Source: an uncultured Acidobacteriaceae bacterium (GTDB lineage: Bacteria > Acidobacteriota > Terriglobia > Terriglobales > Acidobacteriaceae). Taken from it: a DNA stretch of 64,000 nucleotides. Below the pieces are notes generated by a model. The model had not been told where the DNA came from and made no database searches. It was given only the letters and a program-made list of their open reading frames with translations. Each line of letters starts with the position of its first letter. Position 1 is the first letter of the stretch. The translations under genes and the position numbers were made by a program. Positions 17,573-25,288 of this stretch are shown one piece after another. The stretch spans positions 39,785-103,784 of the forward strand of contig CAVYWE010000006.1 in the NCBI GenBank assembly GCA_963772195.1. Reading direction: 5' to 3'.

Positions 17573-18244
17573 GTGAAAACGGTGCTGTGTTGCCTGCTCC
17601 TGCTGACCGCGGGTTGGCTGAACGCGAAGAAGCGAGAGTCGCAGGACGACAGTCTGGCAAAATATCTTGCCCGTGTCCAGATGGCGCAACCACCCGCGCC
17701 CGCGCTCTCCCTCGGAAGCATTTGGGTGGATTCGGGACGGATGGCGTCTCTCAGCGCCGATTATAAGGCGATGACCACCGGAGACCTGATCACGGTCGTA
17801 GTGGTGCAGGGCGTGACCTCGTCGAATGCCGGCGCTGTGGGCACGGCGCGGACTTTCAACACCAGTTCGGGCATAGATTCGGTGCCCGTCATTGGAGTGG
17901 GAGCGGCCCAGAGCCTGCTGGGACTGCACTCGGCGGAGGCTTTGTCCGGCAAGGGCCAGGCATCTTCAGCTACGAGCCTGACCACAACGCTGGCGGGTCG
18001 AGTGGTCGCCGTTCTGCCGAGCGGCAACCTGGTGGTCGAGGCGGAGCGCATCATCAACATGAAGAAGCAGACCATTGTGTTGCGCGGCATCGTGCGCCGG
18101 GGCGATATCGGACCGAACAATACGGTCGCTTCGAATACCATCGGCGATCTCGAACTGGAGATCAAGGGCAAAGGCGTGATCTCGGACGGGGTGCGGCCGC
18201 CGCATCCGGTGCTGCGCGCCATCCCGCGCATTCTGAATTTTTAG
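17573..18244 (+). CDS. flgH: flagellar L-ring protein FlgH
   Basis: SLGSIWVD..., [43 protein letters not shown] and [12 protein letters not shown] match FlgH blocks. GTG start follows GAGGAGGA. Confidence 0.85.
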   Translation: MKTVLCCLLLLTAGWLNAKKRESQDDSLAKYLARVQMAQPPAPALSLGSIWVDSGRMASLSADYKAMTTGDLITVVVVQGVTSSNAGAVGTARTFNTSSGIDSVPVIGVGAAQSLLGLHSAEALSGKGQASSATSLTTTLAGRVVAVLPSGNLVVEAERIINMKKQTIVLRGIVRRGDIGPNNTVASNTIGDLELEIKGKGVISDGVRPPHPVLRAIPRILNF

Positions 18245-18257
18245 GAGCCTCATTCCT

Positions 18258-18668
18258 ATGCATATGAAATCCGCTTTCGCCGCCGGTCTTTTTCGGGCAC
18301 TCGTTCTGTTGCTCGTTTTAGCGTCCGCGTTTTCCGGAGCGCTCTCCGCAGCCGAACCGGTGGCGGTTAAAATCCGCGATCTCACCAGCATCGAAGGCGT
18401 GCGGGAAAATCCCCTGATCGGGTACGGCATGGTAGTTGGACTCACCCGTACCGGCGACAGTCAGCAGACCGTATTCACGACCCAGACCCTGGCCAACATT
18501 ATGCAGCGCATGGGCGCGCAGATTCCGGCGGCCACGGCGCGCGTCAACAATGTGGCGTCAGTGTTTGTGACCGCCAGCCTGCCGGCATTCGCGCGGCCCG
18601 GCACGAGCACCGGCGTGAGCAGCATGGCTTCAAAATCCCGCGCCGCCTTTTCAGCCGTAATGATTTGA
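18258..18668 (+). pseudogene. flgI: flagellar P-ring protein FlgI, 5' third only
   Basis: Signal peptide, then [30 protein letters not shown] and [17 protein letters not shown] match FlgI. Similarity ends near 18606 and the ORF stops at 136 aa (FlgI is normally about 365 aa). Confidence 0.75.
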
Positions 18669-18683
18669 GCCGTGATGCGTCAT
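18606..18683 (-). pseudogene. flgJ: inverted fragment resembling the FlgJ rod-binding N-terminus
   Basis: The reverse strand reads ...[19 protein letters not shown], close to the Rod_binding motif (AAxxFEAxFLxxML). An ATG at 18683 is one frame off. The fragment abuts the flgI breakpoint. Confidence 0.35.
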
Positions 18684-18709
18684 GCGGACAAGATGCCCCA
18701 TATTCCCAT

Positions 18710-18737
18710 TAAGGTTCTATTAGGAACCTGCCGATAA
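18710..18737 (+). promoter_or_regulatory. sigma-28 (FliA)-type promoter upstream of flgM
   Basis: TAAGGTTC, 12 nt, then GCCGATAA. About 30-40 nt upstream of the flgM start. Confidence 0.5.
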
Positions 18738-18763
18738 AAGAAGCAGGCGGGGGGAGGTGGCGA

Positions 18764-19093
18764 TTGGAGAAGTTTATGAGAGTCGATTTCACAACATCTG
18801 GAGTGGAACCACCGGAAAAAGGCACGACGGGCCGCGCTGGGCATGCCGAGCCCTCTGGGACTGCGACTGAGGCTGGTGCCGAAGCGAGCAGCATCTCGGG
18901 CGGGGACCAAACCCGCATCTCGTTCGATCAGACGCGGGTGCAGTCGCTCGAAGCACATGTTCTGGCACAGCCTGAAATTCGCGAGGCCAAGGTTCAATCG
19001 CTGCAGCAGGCAATTGGCAATGGCGAATATTCGGTTCCGGCCAGCCAGGTGGCCGAGGCATTGGTCAGCGAATTCGGCGGCGCTAAAGGTTAG
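18764..19093 (+). CDS. flgM: anti-sigma-28 factor FlgM
   Basis: C-terminal VQSLEAHVLAQPEIREAKVQSLQQAIGNGEYSVPASQVAEAL matches the FlgM sigma-28-binding region. Start is TTG 18764 or ATG 18776. Confidence 0.75.
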   Translation: MEKFMRVDFTTSGVEPPEKGTTGRAGHAEPSGTATEAGAEASSISGGDQTRISFDQTRVQSLEAHVLAQPEIREAKVQSLQQAIGNGEYSVPASQVAEALVSEFGGAKG

Positions 19094-19112
19094 CGGAAGT
19101 GAGCCATAGTGT

Positions 19113-19176
19113 GAACTCTGGAAAGAACTAGAGCGAACTATAGGGCGAACTAAAGGGGGAACTACAGAGCGAATTA
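19113..19176. repeat. tandem ~12-nt GAACT-containing repeat (6 units)
   Basis: GAACT recurs at 19113, 19125, 19135, 19147 and 19159, with GAATT at 19171 (gaactagagc gaactatagggc gaactaaagggg gaactacagagc). Confidence 0.6.
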
Positions 19177-19398
19177 TGGATCCGTTGATCACGAACGGGA
19201 TCGAACCGGTGATGCTGCGCGGGTTGGAGAAGCGGGCCGATGAGCGTGACCCGGTGCCCCGGGTGCAAGCGTCCGGCTGTTCGCATGAAAACGGTCGGAG
19301 CAGAGAAAGAATATAAAGAAGGGCCAGGACTCGACATTTCGCGGCACTAACTGGATAACCTGGCTTGATCGCAATAACGATCTAATCTGACGATCTGG

Positions 19399-19441
19399 TC
19401 TGAACTTTGGACACTGAGCTCTGAACTCTGAACTCTTGAAC
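19399..19441. repeat. TCTGAAC 7-nt tandem repeat
   Basis: tctgaac at 19399, then tctgaac tctgaac tcttgaac at 19420..19441, just upstream of the flgN remnant. Confidence 0.5.
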
Positions 19442-19458
19442 GAAGACGCGGTTCTTTT

Positions 19459-19632
19459 ATGGATAACATCGAGACATCGCTTCCCGAACTCAGCAAGCTC
19501 ATCGAGCAGCGGCTCGCGCTGTTGCGCAGCCTGGCGAAGAGTCTGGAGTTCAGCAGCCTGGCGCTGGTGCAAAACGATGCGGAAGCAATCGCGCGCGGCG
19601 CGGCGCATCAGGCAGAGCTCTGCCGGCAATGG
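19459..19632 (+). pseudogene. flgN: FlgN-like chaperone, N-terminal ~58 codons only
   Basis: LPELSKLIEQRLALLRSLAKSLEFSSLALVQNDAEAIARGAAHQAEL fits the FlgN N-terminal helix pattern. After about 19632 the frame reads nonsense over flgL sequence. Confidence 0.5.
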
Positions 19633-20261
19633 AGCCTTCCATTAGCCTTGGCGTCGAGGGCGGCAACGGCACGCTCTCCGCCACCGACCGGGCCTCAATC
19701 GTCAATGAACTGCAAGGCATTCAGGGCCAGCTTGTTTCCCTGGCCAACAGTTCGTACGAGGGCCGCTACGTGTTCGCCGGCACCAATACCAACACGCCGT
19801 CGTTCGTTCTCGACAATGCCGCCCCCTCGGGCGTCCGCTATGTCGGCAACACTGATGTCAATCAGGTATCGATCGGCAATGGAAACACGCTTGCCGTCAA
19901 CCAGCCCGGATCGCACATGTTTTCCGCTCCTGGCAACGACGTTTTTCTCGCCATCAACAACGTCATCCAGTCCGTGCAGTCCAACACCGGCGTTGCTGCC
20001 GCCGTCGTCGCATTAGGCGGAGCAAACAGCTATCTTTCGGCGCAGCGCGTGTTCTATGGCAACGCCCTGAACCAGGCGCAGTCGCAATCCACCTACCTCA
20101 ATGCCGCCAAACTTCAAATTGCCCAGCAGCAGAACACGCTTGGCGGCGCGGATCTCGCTACCGCCGCCACCGATCTCTCCCGATCCCAGATCGACACCCA
20201 AGCCACGCTGGCCACCATCAGCAAGCTCACGCAGAATAATCTCTTCAGTTACCTGAAGTAG
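19629..20261 (+). pseudogene. flgL: hook-filament junction protein FlgL lacking its N-terminal ~90 residues
   Basis: GNGTLSATDRASIVNELQGIQGQLVSLANSSYEGRYVFAGT and the C-terminal flagellin-like LSRSQIDTQATLATISKLTQNNLFSYL match FlgL. The conserved N-terminal helix is absent. Confidence 0.7.
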
Positions 20262-20436
20262 GGGAGAACGCCAGGCTGCCACTTCGCCAAAGCGTAATTT
20301 CACAGGCTGCGGGAAAGCTCAAACAGGATGCGATAAGGGGAAACTCGGGATTCTGCGGCCTGCGAAAAGAGTTGAGTGACACGCCGCGATGACCCACGGC
20401 GGCTACAATCTGCCGTGCTTGGCGGCCTGCCAGCCG

Positions 20437-20619
20437 TTACCGTCTGATCAGCGCCATTACCCATCCCGCTAGGAAAACTCCGCCTACGAACAAAGCGAAG
20501 CAGTAGAGACCATAGCGCAATTGCTCTATCGTCGAATTGCGTTGCGTGATGCCGAAGACCACCGAGGCGAATAGCGCGAATACCACCGCGGCCGAGAAGT
20601 GCGACAGGTTGATGGTCAT
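20437..20619 (-). CDS. small two-TM membrane protein
   Basis: 60 aa with two hydrophobic helices. The start overlaps the stop of the upstream gene by 4 bp, suggesting an operon with the peptidase gene. Confidence 0.45.
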   Translation of the reverse strand: MTINLSHFSAAVVFALFASVVFGITQRNSTIEQLRYGLYCFALFVGGVFLAGWVMALIRR

Positions 20620-21071
20620 GGCTTCTTCCCCAGCGCAATGTGATGCGCGTCCGCCGCCGCAATGAAGTTCAACAGGCCGGCCACAATCAGAAACGTCTTG
20701 CCATAATCCGCCGCTGCATTCGCCGCCATCACGTTGCCCCAGTCCATGATGCGCGCCAGAAAATAGAGCGCTCCCGAGCCCACGTCGCCAACAAAGCCGA
20801 GTATATCGAGGATGTCTCCGCCGTTCGGCTTGTAAATCCGTCCCTGCATGCCGAGGCCAATCAGAAACATCGCGACCACCGACACCAACAGCAGAATGCC
20901 GCGCCCGTAGCGCTTCAGCAGGATGTGTCCGCCACCCGGAATCAGCCAGCCCACAAGCGGCGCGACCACGGCCATGGTCGTGAGCGGGTACTCCGGCTCG
21001 CTCACCGCCATTGCATTCTTTGATTTATCTGTTCTTTTATCTGTCGTTTTGTCTGTCGTCGGCTTGGCCAT
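20616..21071 (-). CDS. membrane protein (TM2/DUF6677-like)
   Basis: 151 aa. A Thr/Asp/Lys repeat N-terminus (TTDKTTDKRTDK) followed by three or four TM helices. Starts one base after the peptidase stop. Confidence 0.55.
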   Translation of the reverse strand: MAKPTTDKTTDKRTDKSKNAMAVSEPEYPLTTMAVVAPLVGWLIPGGGHILLKRYGRGILLLVSVVAMFLIGLGMQGRIYKPNGGDILDILGFVGDVGSGALYFLARIMDWGNVMAANAAADYGKTFLIVAGLLNFIAAADAHHIALGKKP

Positions 21072-22256
21072 TCAGATGGTCACGATCTCTCGTTGGATTT
21101 TACCAGTCACCTCGGCGCTTCCCGGTCGCACCAGCACATCCACTTCCAGGCGTACGCCGAACTCGGGCAGGTAGATCCCGGGCTCGATCGAGAACAAGGA
21201 ATTGGGCAGAATGCGCCGCTCGTCGTGAATCTCCAAATCATCCATATTCGCGCCATTCGAATGCACCTCGGTGGCAATCGAGTGGCCGGTGCGGTGGATG
21301 AAGTAATCTCCGTATTTCGCCTTCTTGATGTGAGAGCGTACCGCTTGATCCACTTCCCATCCCGCGATCGGGTTCGCGGCCGAGGTCGGAGAAGCGACGG
21401 CATCCTGCACGGTCTTCACCCCGATGTCGCGCGCCTCGCTCACAATCTTGAAAATCTCGCGCTGCCGGTCCGACGGAGCCTTGCCCACAAATCCCACCCA
21501 CGTGATGTCGTAGAAAACCGCGCCCGGCGTATTCTTCTTCGCCCACACGTCCAGCAGAACAAAATCGCCTTCCCGAATCGGCACCGGCCGGCTGGCACTC
21601 GGCTCGTAGTGCGGGTTGCCGCTGTTGGCGTTCACGGCGACGATCGGCGCATCGTCGGTCACCAGGTTCTCGCGCTGGAAGGCTTCCATGAACCATTGCT
21701 GAATTTCATGCTCGTGCGTGCCGCCGCCCCGCACGCGCCGTCCAATCTCCTTGAAAGCCTCGGCGGTAAGTGCGTCAATCACATCGCGCGCCGCAAAGTG
21801 CGACTTGATCTGTTCGTCCGTCAGGGTCGCTTCAAACTGGGCGATCAAGTCCGCCGCGCTGACAATGTTCTTGCCCAGCCCGCGGATCATGTCCGCCGTT
21901 CCAGCGTCCACCATCGAAATCGTGAACACAAAGTTGTTGGGCGAGTACTGCATCGCCACATTGCGAAACGGCGCCAGCATCTGCTTCAGGCCGGAGAACA
22001 GTTCCTGCCATCCAGCATACTGTTTCTTCGAGCCGGGCAAGCTATCGAGGTGTCCCGACTCGATCTTATGAACCAGCTTGACGGGCTCGCCTTTGGCAGG
22101 GATCAGGTAATACCAGCGCCGCGTGACCATGAGGCCATCCGGCAACCCGAGAACGCGGTAAGCAATCGGGTCGCGATGGTGATGATCGTAGAAAAGCCAG
22201 GCGTCGATATTGCGCTCGCGCAAGGCTTGCTGGATGGCGGACAGGTCCATATACAA
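21072..22256 (-). CDS. M24-family metallopeptidase (Xaa-Pro aminopeptidase-like)
   Basis: Pita-bread-fold metal ligand contexts DFVLLDVWA, HRTGHSIATEVH, FSIEPGIY and VRLEVDVLV. Confidence 0.9.
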   Translation of the reverse strand: MYMDLSAIQQALRERNIDAWLFYDHHHRDPIAYRVLGLPDGLMVTRRWYYLIPAKGEPVKLVHKIESGHLDSLPGSKKQYAGWQELFSGLKQMLAPFRNVAMQYSPNNFVFTISMVDAGTADMIRGLGKNIVSAADLIAQFEATLTDEQIKSHFAARDVIDALTAEAFKEIGRRVRGGGTHEHEIQQWFMEAFQRENLVTDDAPIVAVNANSGNPHYEPSASRPVPIREGDFVLLDVWAKKNTPGAVFYDITWVGFVGKAPSDRQREIFKIVSEARDIGVKTVQDAVASPTSAANPIAGWEVDQAVRSHIKKAKYGDYFIHRTGHSIATEVHSNGANMDDLEIHDERRILPNSLFSIEPGIYLPEFGVRLEVDVLVRPGSAEVTGKIQREIVTI

Positions 22257-22301
22257 ACGCTAATTCTACACGACCGCCGCTGCCGGCTGGATTGGGCCCG
22301 C

Positions 22302-22350
22302 GTAGAGACGGGGCTTGCCCCGTCTTGCCTGCCCCGTCACGCGCGGTGAC
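22302..22350. repeat. GC-rich hairpin repeat (GTAGAGAC family)
   Basis: gtagagacggggcttgccccgtct followed by gtcacgcgcggtgac. The first hairpin is identical to the one at 17451. Confidence 0.7.
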
Positions 22351-22352
22351 GA

Positions 22353-22763
22353 CTAGTTCTTAAACGGGTTGAAGGTCCGGACGTCGAGTTGCGTAAAGTC
22401 CCGTTCATTCCTGGTCGCAACAATCAGACGATGGACCCTTGCTGTCGCGGCGATCATGGCGTCTTGCAGCAACTCAGGGGGCTTCTTGTCCATAATGCGG
22501 CCCCATTCCCGGAAGCACGCCGTATCCATGGGGAGCACCTGATAGGACGCGGGCAACCGATCAATCCAACGCTCGATCTCGCTCGCTTTCGCCGGATCTT
22601 GACGTCTTGCCCGCTCGATGCCCGCCTGCAGTTCTCCTAATGTGACCGCGGAGAGTACCAACCTCCCCTCTTCCATGGCGCTGATCCAGGCGACCACCGC
22701 TCCGTGGGGGCGCGTTTTCCGCAGTTCCGAGATTACGTTCGTATCGAGCAGGTATTGATTCAC
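22353..22763 (-). CDS. vapC: PIN-domain toxin, VapC/FitB-like
   Basis: YLLDTNVISELRK N-terminus, LSAVTLGELQAGI, DAMIAATARVHRLIVATRNERDF. 4-bp overlap with the antitoxin. Confidence 0.85.
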   Translation of the reverse strand: MNQYLLDTNVISELRKTRPHGAVVAWISAMEEGRLVLSAVTLGELQAGIERARRQDPAKASEIERWIDRLPASYQVLPMDTACFREWGRIMDKKPPELLQDAMIAATARVHRLIVATRNERDFTQLDVRTFNPFKN

Positions 22764-23017
22764 TCAAACTCCACCACGGGACGGCTGCGCAACTTGCGCC
22801 TTTCCAAGATCAGGTCGTCAAAGCGAGGCTCGGGTGCGAGCAACCATTCCTTGAGACTAGGCCTGGCCGCCTTTTGGAGCCTCTCCCATTCTTCGATCGG
22901 CACCAGAACGGCGGTCTTAACTCCGCGTCGGGTCACAACTTGCGGACCCTTCTTGATGGCCGCGTCCAGTAATTCACTAAAGCGCGCTTTTGCGTCTTGC
23001 ACCTGCCAGGAAGCCAA
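22760..23017 (-). CDS. Phd/YefM-family antitoxin
   Basis: WQVQDAKARFSELLDAAIKKGPQVVTRRGVKTAVLVPIEEWERL is the Phd/YefM N-terminal fold signature. Confidence 0.85.
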   Translation of the reverse strand: MASWQVQDAKARFSELLDAAIKKGPQVVTRRGVKTAVLVPIEEWERLQKAARPSLKEWLLAPEPRFDDLILERRKLRSRPVVEFE

Positions 23018-23043
23018 TTTTCACCTCGATCATCTCACGACTA

Positions 23044-23073
23044 ATTGTACTGACTAGTCATATGACTAGTCAA
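23044..23073 (-). promoter_or_regulatory. TA promoter with perfect 22-bp palindromic operator
   Basis: Reverse strand: TTGACT, 18 nt, TACAAT. The spacer and -35 are covered by the perfect palindrome TGACTAGTCATATGACTAGTCA (23051..23072), 34 nt upstream of the antitoxin ATG. Confidence 0.55.
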
Positions 23074-23106
23074 GCTGATTGGCGGAGGCCCGCTACGTCA
23101 TTTAGG

Positions 23107-23174
23107 AGATGGGCCTTGCCCGTCTTGCCAGCGCCTATTACGCGCCGCGGTGCGAGACGCGGCGAGCCGCGTCA
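23107..23174. repeat. GC-rich hairpin repeats (GTAGAGAC family, degenerate)
   Basis: gatgggccttgcccgtc and gacgcggcgagccgcgtc stem-loops in the divergent intergenic region. Confidence 0.55.
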
Positions 23175-23263
23175 CTAGAGTAAATGTGATAAAAAATACT
23201 GTAATGTCTCGTAATACTGATGACAGCCTCTGGCAGCCTTAACCCGCAAAAATCAGGTGCAAC

Positions 23264-24190
23264 GTGCTGAGGGCAACGTTTATTGCGCTGTCCGAGAGCC
23301 GGTGGCTGCGTGCAGTCGCCGAGCGGTCCCACCTGGGCCAGCGCACTTCCGCCCGTTTCGTAGCCGGCAAAGAAGTTGCCGACGCAATTCGCGCCGCCGC
23401 CGCCGTGAATCGATTTGGCGCGGGCGTCTCCATCGACAATTTGGGCGAGAACGTCACCAATGCCGACGAAGCCCGCGCCAGCGCCCAGCTGTATCACAAC
23501 CTGCTCGACGAAATCGCCGCCCGCAAGCTGAACGCGAATGTCAGCCTGAAGCTAACCCACATGGGCCTCGACGTAGACGAGAACATTGCCTACGAAATTG
23601 TCCGGGGGTTGGTGGCCAAGGCAGCGAGCATGTCACCGAAGAATTTTGTTCGCGTCGATATGGAAGGATCGCCCTACACGCAGCGTACGCTCGACTTCGT
23701 TCACGAACTCCACCGGGTTCCAGGGAATGAGGGGTGCGTGGGCGCGGTGATCCAGTCATACATGCGGCGCGCCGAGGCCGACATCGAGAAGTTGCTCTCC
23801 GAGCGCATCCGCATACGGCTCTGCAAAGGCGCCTACAAGGAGCCCGAAGATATCGCCTTCCAGAAAAAGTCCGAGGTTGACGCCAGCTACGTGAAGCTGA
23901 TGAAGATTCTGATGAAAAGCGGCGTCTATCATGGACTAGCTACCCACGACGAGGCGATTATTCGAGAGGCCAAGGCCTTTGCCACGCGTGAGAACGTTCC
24001 GCGCAACGCTTTTGAGTTCCAAATGCTATACGGCATCCGGCGCGACCTGCAGCAGTCCCTGGTGAAAGACGGCTGGGGCGTGCGAGTCTACATCCCGTTC
24101 GGCACCGAGTGGTATCCGTACTTCATGCGGCGGCTGGCGGAGCGCCCGGCGAATGTACTGTTTCTGGCCAAAAACCTTCTTCGTCGGTAA
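23264..24190 (+). CDS. monofunctional proline dehydrogenase
   Basis: SIDNLGENV, VSLKLTHMGLD, RIRLCKGAYKEP and EFQMLYGIRRDLQ...VRVYIPFG match PutA-type PRODH barrel motifs. GTG start. Confidence 0.9.
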   Translation: MLRATFIALSESRWLRAVAERSHLGQRTSARFVAGKEVADAIRAAAAVNRFGAGVSIDNLGENVTNADEARASAQLYHNLLDEIAARKLNANVSLKLTHMGLDVDENIAYEIVRGLVAKAASMSPKNFVRVDMEGSPYTQRTLDFVHELHRVPGNEGCVGAVIQSYMRRAEADIEKLLSERIRIRLCKGAYKEPEDIAFQKKSEVDASYVKLMKILMKSGVYHGLATHDEAIIREAKAFATRENVPRNAFEFQMLYGIRRDLQQSLVKDGWGVRVYIPFGTEWYPYFMRRLAERPANVLFLAKNLLRR

Positions 24191-24432
24191 GTCATTTGAC
24201 GTCAATAGAATGGGGTAATTAAGCAGGTGGCGCAGGCGTTCGAGGTTACAAAACTTTACATTTTTCTTCACGGCGCGAAGGGAATTGACGGGCATTCTCG
24301 TTTTATGAGATGGAAGCCAACTTGGCTTGGATTCACAGCCAGCCCCCTCGGCGATGTGCTTGCGTCCAACTGGGTCCTAGGGTCCGTGGCTCGCGACGAT
24401 CTTGCATCGAGACTCCGGTTTCCATTTCAAAT

Positions 24433-24478
24433 CCTCTGCGTCGTTACGGGGAAGGACGACGCGGAGGTTTTTTGTTTT
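24433..24478 (+). terminator. rho-independent terminator with no obvious upstream gene
   Basis: cctctgcgtcgt / loop tacggggaagg / acgacgcggagg (12-bp stem, one G-U pair), followed by ttttttgtttt. Lies 243 nt downstream of the proline dehydrogenase stop. Confidence 0.6.
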
Positions 24479-24608
24479 GCGGGTCTCGGCGAAAAGCGCT
24501 GCCCCTCCCAACCTTCAGAGCAGGTTCCTGGAACAAATTTGCGTCATCCCGCGTACCATCTTACGGGAAGAGTGTATTCCACTCCCGGAATTCGTGAGGA
24601 GAGATCTC

Positions 24609-25175
24609 ATGCGCAGTCCAGTCAAAGCAGTTTGCATTCTGGCAATACTTACACTTGGAGCCGCCAGCGCCCTGGCGAAAACTGGCGCTGAGCCTGCCAA
24701 CGACCATGGATCGATCGTAATCGTCTTCAAAGACGGACACCGGCAAAGTCTTCTCGTTGCGGATATCGCACGCATCGAATTCAAGACACCGGTGATCATC
24801 GTTTTCAAAAGTGGACGCGAGCAAAACCTTCCCGCCACAGACATCGCTCGCATCGAATTCGAACCCGCTGGCAGCGCTTCACTGCCCAGCCGCAACCACT
24901 TCGTAGGCAAGTGGGAAGTGGGTGACGGCATGGGAAGCAATTTCTATATCACGCTGGAAGCGGACGGCGAGGCAAAAAAAACGATTGGCGCGAGCCACGG
25001 CACTTGGACCGTGGTTGATGGGGAGGCACGCATCAGTTGGGACGACGGCTGGCATGACGCCATCCGGAAAGTTGGCGCAAAGCACGAGAAGGTCGCCTAT
25101 GAACCCGGCAAATCGTTCACCGATAGCCCGTCCAATGTGACCGCCGCCAGGAATACAGAACCTCAGCCCATTTAA
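24609..25175 (+). CDS. secreted hypothetical protein with internal duplication
   Basis: ATG 24609 follows GAGGAG. Signal peptide MRSPVKAVCILAILTLGAASALA. Two ~24-aa repeats (IVIVFKDGHRQSLLVADIARIEFK / VIIVFKSGREQNLPATDIARIEFE). The upstream part of the track ORF is rejected. Confidence 0.65.
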   Translation: MRSPVKAVCILAILTLGAASALAKTGAEPANDHGSIVIVFKDGHRQSLLVADIARIEFKTPVIIVFKSGREQNLPATDIARIEFEPAGSASLPSRNHFVGKWEVGDGMGSNFYITLEADGEAKKTIGASHGTWTVVDGEARISWDDGWHDAIRKVGAKHEKVAYEPGKSFTDSPSNVTAARNTEPQPI

Positions 25176-25218
25176 CCGTCTTCAGGGGATTTCGCTGAGA
25201 GTTGCGTCCCTATTTCCC

Positions 25219-25270
25219 GTAGAGACGCGGCTTGCCGCGTCTCCCCCCGCGAAGACGGAAGCACCGTCTC
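25219..25270. repeat. GC-rich hairpin repeat (GTAGAGAC family)
   Basis: gtagagacgcggcttgccgcgtctc followed by agacggaagcaccgtct, between convergent genes. Confidence 0.7.
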
Positions 25271-25288
25271 CGCCTCTTTCTCTTTATC

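Noticed and set aside
18680-19192. 170-aa reverse-strand ORF between flgI and flgN
   Set aside because: It is antisense to flgM, whose C-terminal sigma-28-binding motif is clear. No motif or RBS supports it.
21093-22349. 418-aa + ORF, plus similar long antisense ORFs at 50984..52393, 53325..54773, 60830..62200, 41976..43010, 32454..33458 and 28197..29045
   Set aside because: Each is the mirror frame of a gene with clear family motifs (M24 peptidase, ActB, ALDH, aconitase, CtaD, NHL protein, NrnA). None has a recognisable motif, and all have skewed Arg/His/Gly composition.
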